DNA from: an uncultured delta proteobacterium
GTDB taxonomy: Bacteria > Myxococcota_A > Polyangia > Polyangiales > Polyangiaceae
Reading direction: 5' to 3'
Assembly (NCBI GenBank): GCA_963841435.1
Contig: CAWJCS010000005.1
Location: 96,001-160,000 of the forward strand
Length of the DNA stretch: 64,000 bases
A model generated the notes under the pieces. That model had not been told where the DNA came from and did not search any database. It saw only the letters and a list, made by a program, of their open reading frames with translations. Shown piece after piece: positions 1 to 10,376 of this stretch (within the stretch, counting starts at the first letter, position 1; the number at the start of each line of letters is the position of its first letter). The translations under genes and the position numbers were made by a program.

Positions 1-2
1 CG

Positions 3-716
3 CTCGCTCTCGGACGCCGCAGACGCGAAGCGCTCGTGCTCGTGCTGCCGCTCGTTGCGCTCTTCGTCGTCAACGCCCTCGGTCACTGGCCGTTCGGCGT
101 CTTTCGTACGAACCTTTTCGCGCTGCTCCCGAGCGCTGGGCTTGCGGCCATGGCCCTCGACCGGCCGCTCTGGCAGAGGGAACGCCTCATGGCGTTGCCC
201 TCCCTGTTGCTCGTGCTCGTGCCGCTCTTCGCGTTCGATCGACGACTGAACGACCACAAGCGCGTGATGTGCCATAGCTCGGGCGGTCCCGAGCTCCTCG
301 CGGGCTTGTTGCACGCGAAGAACGTCGTGACGGCGCAGCGCGTGCCCCTCCTCATCGATATCAGTGGTTGCCGGCTTTACGACTACTATCGGAACACTCA
401 TCCGGGCAGCAAAGGCAGCCTCGGGCCGGCCCTCGAGGCAAACTTCGTGACGCGGTGCTTCAAGCCGCCGGTCTTGATTCCGGAGCTCTTGCGCACGGCA
501 AAGGAGAGGCCGGGCCCGCTGTTCGTGCTCGATACGTCGTCGCGCGTGAAGAAGACCATCCGGGCGGCCTCGCCCTTTTATGATCTCACGGAGCGCCACC
601 AGCTGCGCGGGCAAGTGGCGCTGGGGTTCCGGCAGCGCCGCATGCCGGAGCGTCCGCCGGCACGCAAGCGGAGCCCTTCGCAGGCGCCGTCCGAAACGCG
701 ACGGGGCATGCCTTAG
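3..716 (+). CDS. 5'-partial integral membrane protein (possibly the C-terminus of a glycosyltransferase-like membrane protein)
   Basis: Frame is open from the window edge; several hydrophobic helices followed by a soluble domain; no diagnostic motif. Confidence 0.5.
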   Translation, partial: LALGRRRREALVLVLPLVALFVVNALGHWPFGVFRTNLFALLPSAGLAAMALDRPLWQRERLMALPSLLLVLVPLFAFDRRLNDHKRVMCHSSGGPELLAGLLHAKNVVTAQRVPLLIDISGCRLYDYYRNTHPGSKGSLGPALEANFVTRCFKPPVLIPELLRTAKERPGPLFVLDTSSRVKKTIRAASPFYDLTERHQLRGQVALGFRQRRMPERPPARKRSPSQAPSETRRGMP

Positions 717-761
717 CCTCGAGCTTGGCGACCGACCCCGCCGAGCGCGGGCGCGGGTGCC

Positions 762-3700
762 TCAGGCAACGTCCGCGGCATCGTTGCGGATCTCGAGCCG
801 CTTCATCATCTTCTGCAGCCCGAAGCGCGACACACCGAGCAGCTCCGCCGCGCGCGTCTGGTTGCCGCTCGTGCGACGCAACGCCGCCCGCACGAGCTCG
901 ATCTCGAGCGCGTCGACGCGGTGACGCATGTTGAGACCATCCGCGCGCGCCACCTCGCCCGCCGTGCGCGCGCGCACCTCGGCGCTCAGGTGATCGACGA
1001 GGATCACGTCGTCCGAGAGCACGAGCGCCCGCCGCACCTCGTTCTCGAGCTGCCGGATGTTGCCGGGCCAGGTGAAGGCCGACAGGGCATCGAGCGCTGC
1101 GCGCGAAACGCGCACGCGACGGCCCATGCTGTGCTGCTTCACGAACTGCGCCACGAGCAGCGCCACGTCGCCCGTGCGCTCGCGGAGGGGTGGCACGCGC
1201 ACGGAAATCACGTTGAGCCGGTAGAAGAGGTCCTCGCGGAAACGACCCTCGCGCACGAGCTGCTCGAGGTCGCGATGCGTCGCGCCGATGATCCGAACGT
1301 CGACGCGCCGCGCGGATTCCGAGCCGACCGGACGGATCTCGCCGTCCTGCAACGCGCGCAGGAGCTTTGCCTGCATGCCGAGGCTCATCTCGGCGATTTC
1401 GTCGAGGAATAGCGTGCCACGGTGCGCCACCTCGAACAGGCCCGCGCGCGGCCGCACCGCGCCCGTGAACGCGCCGCGCACGTGACCGAACAGCGTGGAC
1501 TCGAGCAGCGTCTCGGGCACGGCTCCGCAGTTTTCCGAAACGAACGCGAAGCCGCCGCGCGGACCGTTCGCGTGGATGGCACGTGCCACGAGCTCCTTGC
1601 CGCTCCCTGACTCCCCGCTGACGAGCACGGGCACCTCCGACAAGGTGATCCGATCCACCACGTGGAGCAGCGAGCGCACGGGCTCGCTGTCCCCGACGAT
1701 GGAATCGTAGGCGAAGCGCGTGTTTCGGCCCTCGGTGGCCCGCGCGAGCTCCCGCTCCGCGACGTCTAGCTCGGCCTCGCGCCGCGCGAGCTCGCGTGAC
1801 AACCGTGCCTCGGCGCGCTCGGCACGCCGCGCCGCGCGCCTGAGTAGGAGCTCGGCCCGCGCATCGGCGATGGCCACGGCCGCGAGCGTCGCGACGAGCC
1901 GCACCCAGCCGAGCTCCGACGGCCCGAAGGCTCCCCGCCGTACGCGATCGTCGAGATAGACGACACCGAGTGCCTCGCCGTGCGCGATGAGCGGCACCGC
2001 GAGCACGCTGCGCAGCTTGAGCGCGTGCACGCTCTTGTGCACTTCGGGCAGATCACCCGCCGCGTCGACGGCCACGACCGGCTCGCCAAGCTCGAGAGCG
2101 CGCTCGGCGAGCGTGCAGCTCAAGGCGAGCTGCTCGCTCGTGAGATCGGCGCGCGAGAGGTTGCGTGCGACCCGAGGGCGGAGCTTTTCGCCCGGCGCAC
2201 GAAGCAGCAAGAGCCCCCGCTCGACGCCCGTCCACAGCACGAGCGCGTCGACCACCTGCCTCAGCAACGTTTTCAGGTGATCGCGACGTCCGAGCGCGCG
2301 CACGAGCGCCTCGACATCGGCCATCTGCGCGGCCGACAGCAGGCTCTCGCGACTCACCGCGGCCGTGGCGCGCACCCAGGGCAGGCTGTCGAGCGCCTCG
2401 GCAAGAGCGGGCGGCGAGCGACGCCGCATCTCGCGCGCCGCGTCCGCGGCGGCGAGCGTGAGCCGGCGCGCCATGTCGCCGTCGCCGACACGAGCCGCGA
2501 GGCGCGCCCCCGCCGCGAGCGCCGGACCACGTGCGACCACGGGCCCCGAGGCGAGCGCTGCGAGCTCGACGAGCACCTGCTCGGGACGGCGCGGCTCGGT
2601 GCGCCCGGCCTCGAGCCGCGCTCGCGCGCCCCACCACTCGAGCCGAGCGTCGATGGCCGTCGAGGGCAAGCGCGACAGCGCGTCGAAATGCGTCACGTCG
2701 AGGTCGGGCTCGCCGTGCGCGAGCAGGCGCGCAGCGCAGCGCAGGGCGTCGTCGTCGCCGGGCGGCAGCTGGCCCAGCGCGAAACGCGCGTGCTCGAGCG
2801 CCTCGAGATGCGGCGGCTCGTACAGGTCCGCGAGCACGAGATGGGCGAAGCCGACGCAGCGCCGATCCCCGGCTGCGCGCGCGCGCTGAGCCGCCTCGAG
2901 CGCCGCCTCGCGCGCCTCGTCGAGCGAGCCTGCCTCCGCGTGGCTCGAGGCGAGCGACAGCGTGGCGCGCGAGGCCTCCACGCGTCGCCCGAGCGCTTCG
3001 AACAGCAGCACGGAACGGCGCGCGGCGGCGATCGCCGTGCCGAGCTCGCCGAGCACGCTCGCGGCAGCGGCGACACCCGTCAGGTAAGTGGCTTCCTCGA
3101 GCACGGCGTGCGCGCGACCGGCGTGCTCCGCCGCCGAGCGGAACGCCGCCAGCGCGGCCTCTCCGTCACCGGCGGCGTGCGCCACGTTGCCGCGCACGGC
3201 GTCGATGCGGCCGCGCTCCTCGTCGCCGACGGCGACGGCCCGCGCGCGCTCGGTGAATTTCGAGCGAAAGCTCGCGTTCCCCGAGGGCGAGTGCCGCGAG
3301 CGCGCGCGTCTCGAGCACGGGGGCCGAATCGGGCTCGTCGGTGAGCAGCGCGGCGGCCTCGCGTGCGTCGCCGCGATCGAGCAGGAGTCGCGCCAACGTC
3401 GCCACGGCGCGGGCGCGCGCGGCCGCCGCGGGCCGCCCCGCGAGCACGGCCTCGACCGCTCGCTCGGCGGCCGCGTGATCACCGGCGCGCCGGTGGATCT
3501 CGGCGCGCTCGGCGAGCACCTCATCCCCCGAAAGCCGTTCGAGCACGCTGAGCGCGCGGCCCATCTGGCCGCGGCGCCGGAGCACCCGCGCGAGCGCGAG
3601 TCCGAGCGCGAGCGACGCCCCGGGCGCCTCGAGCCGGAGCTCGACCTCGTCGAGCAGCTCGGCGTCGGCCATGCCCTGCTCGAGGGCGAGCGCGAGCTCC

Positions 3701-4936
3701 ACCGGGTCGACCCCGGCGCGCGAGCGGGGCGCGCTCGACGCGGGCGCCATCAAATCCGCGACGACGAGCGATTCGGGCTCGCGACGCTCGACGGAGGCGA
3801 GCAGCCGGTCGGCGAGCGCGCCATCGTCCGACGAGCGCAGGCTCGGCCACGTGGCGGCGACGGGCCCGACGAGCGTTGCGAGCCAGCGTGCCTGCCCCAT
3901 GGGCGAGAGGTCACGCAGCCGCGCGCGACCGGTGGGCGGCGTGTCCGAGCGCAGGCCCGCGATCGCGCGCGCGAGCACGAGCGCCTCCCCGAGCCAGCGC
4001 CCAGGCTCCCCCTCGACGGCGACCTCGACCTCCTCGGCGCGGGCCGCCTGCAAGATCTCGTCGCGACGCACGGCAAGGTAGGCGCGCCGCACCGACGCGC
4101 GGCGACGCACGAGCGCGTCGGGCTCCGACTCGACGGCACCGAGCAAGACCCGAGCGCGGCGCTCGACCCAGGCCGCGGAGGGGCGCGCGCCGGGCGACTT
4201 TCGAAGCAGCGCCCGCGCGAGGCGCCCGAGCTCGTCCGGAAGCGCTTCGAGCTGCTCGGGCGTGGGGCGCTCCGCCCGCGCGACGTCCGCCGATGCCGTC
4301 TCCGCGAGCAGGAGGCCGAACGCCCAAAGATTCTCTGAGGCGCGCGTCCCCCGCGCTCTCGGCGACCTCAGGGGCGAGATAGCGCAGCGTGCCGCCCCGC
4401 GGCACGACCTCCGTCACCTCGGTGGACAGCCCGAGATCGACGAGCCGGGCGCGCCGCGGCTCACCCCCTTCGCGCGCCACGACGACGTTGGCGGCTTTGA
4501 CGTCACCGTGCGCCGACCCGGCGGCATGCAAGGCCGCGAGCGCCGCGCCGATGTCGCGGGCGATGACGAGCCCGAGCTTCGATCGCTCCTCGGCACCGAG
4601 CGCAGACGGAGCGAGCACGGTGCCCTCTGCAACACCGAGAACGAGCACGGGCGTCCCCGGTGCGATGCGCACCCCGCCCGGCAGCTCGACGGCCTCGCGC
4701 ACGACCGCGGCGTCGAGCAGCGGCGTGAGCTCCGGTGAGCTGGTCCACGCGAGGCGCGCCGCCTCGTCCGCGAAGCGCAGGCGCTGCGAGGGACCCTGCC
4801 CGATCTTGAGAGCGACCCGGCTGCCACCGTCCGCCGCGAGCCACACCGAGCTCGTGGCGCCCCCGCCGAGCCGCTGCAGCAGCGCCAACCGCCGGCGCGC
4901 GACTGTCAACTTTGTTGCCGGCTGGGATTCCCCCAT
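762..4936 (-). CDS. Ser/Thr kinase - TPR-like - GAF - sigma54-dependent activator (AAA+, Fis HTH); two apparent frameshifts
   Basis: Kinase motifs LGGGATSSVW, VALK, HGDVKAAN, DLG, GTLRYLAPE, then DLWAFG after a +1 shift at ~4331. Second +1 shift at ~3258. GAF region (SVLAVPL..LGVVYLD), GESGSGKE, GAFTGA, LFLDEI, WPGNIRQLEN and C-terminal GNQTRAAELLG. Span 4175 nt = 3n+2. Confidence 0.9.
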
Positions 4937-5078
4937 ATCCCCCAAATTGTGCTGTTCTTTCAGCATCGAGTCAACCCAGATGTCAGTGGGTGGTGCCCGC
5001 TGGAACGGCTCAGCCCCAGCCGAACAAGTCAGTCTGCTCGGCCCAGCCCCCGGGCTCGGAGACGCCAGAGCGTCGGCG

Positions 5079-6173
5079 TCAGGGGCAAACGGCGCCGGCT
5101 TGGATCCAGCGCGCGATGCGCCGCACCTCATCGGCGTGGATGAAGTCCGGTGCGCCGGCGGGCGGCATGGGCTCGCCGAGCACGACGCGCTCCCTGAGGC
5201 GCGAGAGCTCGGCCTCGGACGGCAGAAGGCAGTCCTCGCCTGGTGTCCCCTCGGGGTTATTCACCGAGTAGCTGCTCTCGCACGCGTCGGAAGCGGAGCC
5301 CGGGGCGCGATACGCGCCGTGACCCGCGAGCAGTTTGTAGACGAGGTAGCTGTTATCGGGCCGACGCGGATCGATGATCGGCATGCTGGCGCCAAAGCGA
5401 GCCGGGTCTTGTAGCGCGACGCCCGTCGTGGGGCCGACCTCGGTCTCGTGGGCGACGTGGCCGATCGCGGTGCGCGAGAGCGCGTCCTCGTCACCGAGCG
5501 CGAGGCGGAGCGGAGAGCTCGGTCCGCCGTCGTGGCAGCTTGCGCAGCCGAGGTCGCCGCGAGGGCAGCCGAGGCCTTCGCAGCGGAAGATCCCCACGAT
5601 CGCTGCGCAATCCGGCGGAGGCTCGGGGCTAGGGAGCGCGCCGCGCTCGCTGCCCGTACGAAAGCTGATGGAGCGAAGCCCGCCCTCGGCGAGGGGCGCT
5701 CCGTCGATGGCGCGAAAGCCCCAATCGACGACGGCCGTCTCCGGGCTCGGCAGCGTGGGTGCGCCCGCGACGGGGAAGAGGACGCTGTAGAGCGTGTTTG
5801 ACCGCAGGGTCGCGCCGCTCGGCAGCGTGAACCGGACGACGCGCTCGAGCGGATCGTAGGTCGGTGTCATCTCCGGCAGGCGCGGATCGACGACGATCGG
5901 GTTCTTCGCGAGCCCCGTAAAGTACACGATCGATTGCCGGATCGCCGTCCGCGGCAAGAGAAAGCGGTCGAAACGAAGCTCGAGCGGCGTGTCGATGGGC
6001 ACCCCGCACACGCTTTCGCCGGGTGCGCAGTCGATGCCCGCTCCATCGGCGGGCTCGGTCGCAAGCAGGTGCAGCGACGGACCCCTCGACGGCTCGAGCT
6101 CGGGGCTTCCGAGGTCGCAACCACCCAGGCTCACGGCGACGATGCCCGCCGCCACGGTCGGCCAGCGGGTCAG
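5079..6173 (-). CDS. Lipoprotein with Ig-like domain and a single CxxCH (putative monoheme cytochrome c)
   Basis: Lipobox VSLGG-C; Ig-like segment (PIDTPLELRFDRFL...LRSNTLYSV); CASCH; late PMPP (possible Met ligand) and ending IARWIQAGA. Start uncertain (CTG 6173 or GTG 6155); the longer ORF in the track overlaps the next gene. Confidence 0.7.
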   Translation of the reverse strand: MTRWPTVAAGIVAVSLGGCDLGSPELEPSRGPSLHLLATEPADGAGIDCAPGESVCGVPIDTPLELRFDRFLLPRTAIRQSIVYFTGLAKNPIVVDPRLPEMTPTYDPLERVVRFTLPSGATLRSNTLYSVLFPVAGAPTLPSPETAVVDWGFRAIDGAPLAEGGLRSISFRTGSERGALPSPEPPPDCAAIVGIFRCEGLGCPRGDLGCASCHDGGPSSPLRLALGDEDALSRTAIGHVAHETEVGPTTGVALQDPARFGASMPIIDPRRPDNSYLVYKLLAGHGAYRAPGSASDACESSYSVNNPEGTPGEDCLLPSEAELSRLRERVVLGEPMPPAGAPDFIHADEVRRIARWIQAGAVCP

Positions 6174-6424
6174 CTGTCCGAGTAGGTGATGAGCTGGTCG
6201 CGGATGATCTGCTCGCTCACGCCCGTCTTGATGTACTCGCGCAGGCAGTCCGCCAGCGTGATGAGCACGTCGTCCACGCCGTTTTCCTCGATGATCTTCG
6301 AGAGAAGCTGGCGAGCCTCGCGGCTGTCGTCTTCCCTCAAGAATTCGCGCACTTGCTCGACGGAAATGTCGCCCTGGAAGTCGAAGTACAAGTTCTGAAA
6401 CAGGTATCGAACCAGTTCCTTCAC
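6170..6424 (-). CDS. Small acidic helical hypothetical protein (84 aa)
   Basis: GTG start preceded by AAGGAGG RBS; protein-like composition (MKELVRYLFQNLYFDFQGD...). Confidence 0.8.
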   Translation of the reverse strand: MKELVRYLFQNLYFDFQGDISVEQVREFLREDDSREARQLLSKIIEENGVDDVLITLADCLREYIKTGVSEQIIRDQLITYSDS

Positions 6425-6452
6425 GCTGGGCCTCCTTCGCCGAGAGCCCGGA

Positions 6453-6482
6453 GTCATACCCACGCGGGGGATCCCGGCGCAA
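6453..6482 (-). promoter_or_regulatory. Putative sigma70-type promoter for the 84-aa gene
   Basis: TTGCGC-N18-TATGAC on the minus strand, ~30 nt upstream of the start. Confidence 0.4.
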
Positions 6483-6526
6483 GCGCTTTCCCCAGTCGGG
6501 CCAGGATTTTCCATGGCTTCGCTCGC

Positions 6527-8005
6527 TCATCGGCAAATCCCGAGGGTTGGGTCGGACGGATCGTGGCAAACGAGGCACGGCCGGGCATTCTGCCGAAGCG
6601 CACGACCACAACGGCTCGCGAAGCCCGGAGGGTGCGGGCTACGGACACCCGCGCCCCCGACGGCCGCCGTGGCGTGGCACACGGCGCAATCGCGCTCGAC
6701 GTGGCAGCTCACGCACGCGTCGAGGTTCCGCTGGGCCTCCCACGCGTGATGGCCCGGCCCGCGCACGCTGTTGCTCCAGATCGACTTGGGCGGGTGGAAG
6801 CGGCCTCGACCGGCGATGTTGCCGAGCGGGCCGGACAGGGTGACGCCCGAGCGCTGGTGGCAACCGAGGCAGAAGGACTGCTCCTGGTGGCAGGAGCGAC
6901 ACGAGGGGCTGTTCGAGCGCGCTGCCACCGGGTGCTGGCTCAAAAAGTCGTTGGGATGCACGCGGCGGGGCCGCACGCGTCCGTCGTGGCAGTCGGTGCA
7001 GAAGTGCTCGGCGTGACAGCTTCCGCAGAAGCGGCTGTCGTTGGCCGCGGAGCGCTGGTGTCGCTCGACGAAGTCCGGGCCATGCTCGGCGTCGTTGAGC
7101 CAGGCAGGCGGCATGAGCTTGCCGGTCGCGAACGTGGTGCGTAGGCGCGACCCACGCTCGGTCAAGTGACAGGTGGGACAGGCGCGCGAGGGCGAGCCAG
7201 CCTTCGGGTGCTCGGCCCGGTGGCAAGAGAGGCAAGCGCGCATGCGGGGCAGCTGATCGACGGTCGCGAGCTCGAGCGAGCCGACGGCACCGTGGCAGGC
7301 CGAACAGTCCATGCCGCGCCCGACGTGTACGGCGTGATCGAAGCGCAGGTTGGGCGGCGGCACGACGATGCGCGCGACGCGCTGGCCGTCCTCGTCGCGA
7401 TACCCGACGTGGCAATAGCCGCACCGACCCGGCGCTGTTTTCCCCGCCGTGACGGGCACGGCGCGGTGGTTCGAGCCGTGACAAGCGTCGCAGCGCGAAC
7501 CCTTGGGGATCAGCGAATCGGCGCTGCGGCGGCTCGTTTTGGCTCCGTCGTGGCACGTCGTGCAGGTCGCACCGAGTGCGACATGACGCCGGTGGTCGAA
7601 GCGCACACCGAGCGCCTGCGGCGGGAAGATCACGGGGCTCGGGCCACCGTCCGAGGGTGTGGCACCGGGGGGACGAAGTTTCTCCGGTACTTTCGCGCCG
7701 CCGGGCAGCGAGTCGAGGCCGTGCACGAGCACCGCGTCCGAGGGAGCGTCGTCGAAGCTCGCGCGCGCGGCGTCGACGTCATTGGCGTCGCCGCCGCCGG
7801 CCGGCTCCTCCCCACCCGCGTCGTCGGCTCCGCCGTCGTCGAAGCTCGCGACGTCCGCACCGCCGTCGAGACTCGGCGCGGCGCGTGCGCCGGGTGACCC
7901 GCCTGGCTCGGCGCGTGCCGGCGAGAGCAGCGCGGCGACGAGCGCGAGCGCGCAGGCGACGGCAAGACCGAGCGCCGAGCTTTCGGTGCGCTCCTTGGTC
8001 GTCAT
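6527..8005 (-). CDS. Multiheme cytochrome c with 13 CxxCH motifs
   Basis: Sec signal (..LLSPARA) and acidic linker. Motifs CTTCH, CDACH, CGYCH, CSACH, CLSCH, CPTCH (two c7-like FDHxxH triheme modules), CGSCH/CTDCH, CRSCH/CLGCH, CVSCH/CAVCH and CLVCH. ATGA overlap with the upstream gene. Confidence 0.95.
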   Translation of the reverse strand: MTTKERTESSALGLAVACALALVAALLSPARAEPGGSPGARAAPSLDGGADVASFDDGGADDAGGEEPAGGGDANDVDAARASFDDAPSDAVLVHGLDSLPGGAKVPEKLRPPGATPSDGGPSPVIFPPQALGVRFDHRRHVALGATCTTCHDGAKTSRRSADSLIPKGSRCDACHGSNHRAVPVTAGKTAPGRCGYCHVGYRDEDGQRVARIVVPPPNLRFDHAVHVGRGMDCSACHGAVGSLELATVDQLPRMRACLSCHRAEHPKAGSPSRACPTCHLTERGSRLRTTFATGKLMPPAWLNDAEHGPDFVERHQRSAANDSRFCGSCHAEHFCTDCHDGRVRPRRVHPNDFLSQHPVAARSNSPSCRSCHQEQSFCLGCHQRSGVTLSGPLGNIAGRGRFHPPKSIWSNSVRGPGHHAWEAQRNLDACVSCHVERDCAVCHATAAVGGAGVRSPHPPGFASRCGRALRQNARPCLVCHDPSDPTLGICR

Positions 8006-9528
8006 CGGAGCACCGAAAAGTCGAGCGTGGCGAGCGCGCGGAAGCGCTGTCCGACGAGCCGGTTCATCGCGTGCTCCCACTCGAAGCCGAGGCGCCCCAC
8101 GTTGAAGAGGTCGAGCCCCGGCGAGAGCCCTGCACCGATGACGTAGGAGAAGCTCGTCGCGTGCCGGTCGGCTCGCAGCGCGTCTTGCCAGTCGTAGAGC
8201 GAGACGACGACGAGCGTGTCGTAGTACCCCGCGTCGAACGTGCGCGTCGTCGAGAGGTCCACCCCGTAGCGGTGTCCGCGCTCGCCGTGCTCGAGCATCC
8301 CGCGCGCCGCCGCCGTCCCGAAGCCGTAACGGTAGCGTCCGGAAAGCGCGGCGAACGGATCGGCCTCGCGCGTGCGACGCGTTTCGGTCGAGCCGCCCGG
8401 CGACGCCTCCGGGTCACCGAGCGTCTCGAAAAGTCGCACGCCGCCATCGGCCGAGACGTCGAGCCGCCGCGACAGCCCGAGATCGACCCGCGCGCTCGCC
8501 GTGGCGAGCGGTGAGTGCGAAAACCAGTTGAAGATCGAGTCGCCGTCGTAGGTCGGTACGACGCGCTCGGCGTCCAGCCCGAACGTGATGCGATCGGTCG
8601 CGTAATAATCCATCCCCACGGCGACGTCGCTCGTGAGCCCGGCGACGAGATCGTAGACCAAGCTCGCCGTGACCGCTCCGAGCTCCGGGCTCTCGAGGCG
8701 CGCCGAGGCGCCGGCCTTCTCGCTCGAAACGCGGCCGCCCGTCGTCGTGCGAATGGCGAGAAGCTCGTCGGCGAACGGCGAGACGGCAACGGTGTCACGG
8801 TTCTGGACGCGCCGGTAACCAGCGCGGAGGTGCAAGAAATCGAGGTCGATGCTCTCGATGGCGAAACCGAACGCGGGCGCGACGCGCGACTGTTCGAGGT
8901 AGCTCGTCCACTGATCGGCACGTAGATCGTCGCGTGAGCCGCGTGCGACGCCGTCAGCCTGATAGCGCGGCGTCGTCAGCATCGGGAGCCCCGAGCGCTC
9001 CTCGAGCCCACCGTACGCCTCGAGCCTCACGTATGCGGGCGTCGTCACCGACACGAGACCGCCGTCGAACGCCCAGAACCCCAGCGAGTCGGCAAGGAGC
9101 TGCCGTCCGACGCGAAATCCGACGACGCCACCGAGGTAGCCTTCGCCCTCGAGGTACGCATACATGAGGTCGAGCGGCGCCTGCTCGAGACCCGGGACGT
9201 AGCGGTCGGAGCTCGGGTCGCGCTCGGCGGGCTCCACGCCGAGATCGGCGTCGAGCCTGAGGCGTGAGCGGAAGGAGAGGCGCGGGCCGCCCGGCTTGCC
9301 CTCGCCCCCGAGATCGTAGAGCGCGAGGCCGAGCGTGTCGGTGTAGCGACGGCGCCGGATCACCGGCTCGCCGTAGGGGCTCTGGAAAGCGTAGTACTGC
9401 GCGTCGACGGACGCCGACACCTCGGACTCGTAGGCGAGCGCGCGCGGCTCGAGGACGACGGCGGCGACGAAGAGACCCGAGGCGAGCGCGTGCTTCGACG
9501 AGAAGCTCGACGCGCGCCCGTAGCCCAT
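8002..9528 (-). CDS. Putative outer-membrane beta-barrel porin
   Basis: Signal peptide (PRALA-YES); many amphipathic aromatic/Gly-rich strands; terminal strand FRALATLDFSVLR; translationally coupled to the multiheme cytochrome. Confidence 0.75.
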   Translation of the reverse strand: MGYGRASSFSSKHALASGLFVAAVVLEPRALAYESEVSASVDAQYYAFQSPYGEPVIRRRRYTDTLGLALYDLGGEGKPGGPRLSFRSRLRLDADLGVEPAERDPSSDRYVPGLEQAPLDLMYAYLEGEGYLGGVVGFRVGRQLLADSLGFWAFDGGLVSVTTPAYVRLEAYGGLEERSGLPMLTTPRYQADGVARGSRDDLRADQWTSYLEQSRVAPAFGFAIESIDLDFLHLRAGYRRVQNRDTVAVSPFADELLAIRTTTGGRVSSEKAGASARLESPELGAVTASLVYDLVAGLTSDVAVGMDYYATDRITFGLDAERVVPTYDGDSIFNWFSHSPLATASARVDLGLSRRLDVSADGGVRLFETLGDPEASPGGSTETRRTREADPFAALSGRYRYGFGTAAARGMLEHGERGHRYGVDLSTTRTFDAGYYDTLVVVSLYDWQDALRADRHATSFSYVIGAGLSPGLDLFNVGRLGFEWEHAMNRLVGQRFRALATLDFSVLR

Positions 9529-9562
9529 CGGCGCTCAGCATCGCCGCCGGTGCCGGGCCCCG

Positions 9563-10363
9563 TCAACGTCCGGGACGCTCGCCGGCAACGCCTGGACCCG
9601 GCCCAGGCGCGCCGCCCTCCTGTTCTCGGGGAAGCACGCGACACACGACGAGCGTCGCCGCCACGGCGCCGACGGGGAGGAGCACCACGCCGCAGCACGG
9701 CACCCAGAAAAGGATCGCGAAGGCGAGCCCGAACCCGAGCACGCCGAGAAACTGCTCGCGCAGGAGCGAAAGGCGCGCGCGGACACCGAAACCGCGGAGC
9801 GACAGCGGATAGTCGAAGAGGCCCCAGGCGAGCATCAGCGACGAGAGCAACACCTGGAGGGGCACCGTCACGACGCTCGCCGCGGGTACGAGGAGCGCCA
9901 CGAGCGCGAGGAGCGCGAGGAGCGGCAGACCCACGAGCGTCGCCACGAGCATGGCGCGAAGCCCCGACGTGAGCTCGGCGAAAAAACCGATGGGGGCGCG
10001 TGGCGGCGCGCCCACGGCACGCTCGGTGTGCTCGACGAGCTTCTCGAGCGCCTGCGAGCTCAAGGGAGGCGTCACGAAGAGCGCGAGGAACCAGCCGACG
10101 ACCGCCACGCCCGACACGACGACGACGCTCGCCACGATGCCGAGCGCGCGCGTGAAGAGGCCCCCCGGTGCGGGCAAGTGGGCGGAGAGCTCGGGCCCGA
10201 GCACGAAGAGCGCAAGCGCGACGAACCCGCTCTCGAGCACGAGCAAGACGACGGCGGGCACGAGCGCGGGACCCCAGAGCGAGGGTGCGCCGAGGATCAT
10301 CCCGAACGCGTCGAAAACGGCGCGGGCTCCCTCGAAGAACGAAATCCGCGGCCGGTCGCGCAC
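9563..10363 (-). CDS. EI24/CysZ-family membrane protein
   Basis: Hydrophobic profile plus PPLSSQALEKLVE, AWGLFDYPL and GFGLAF..WVP..PVGAVAAT typical of EI24/CysZ. Confidence 0.75.
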   Translation of the reverse strand: MRDRPRISFFEGARAVFDAFGMILGAPSLWGPALVPAVVLLVLESGFVALALFVLGPELSAHLPAPGGLFTRALGIVASVVVVSGVAVVGWFLALFVTPPLSSQALEKLVEHTERAVGAPPRAPIGFFAELTSGLRAMLVATLVGLPLLALLALVALLVPAASVVTVPLQVLLSSLMLAWGLFDYPLSLRGFGVRARLSLLREQFLGVLGFGLAFAILFWVPCCGVVLLPVGAVAATLVVCRVLPREQEGGAPGPGPGVAGERPGR

Positions 10364-10376
10364 GCCGGGCAGAAGC

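Noticed and set aside
6477-6492. Third copy of the AAAGCGCTT operator core
   Set aside because: The flanks do not match the 16-bp consensus and the core also occurs by chance in coding regions (~4240, ~63166).
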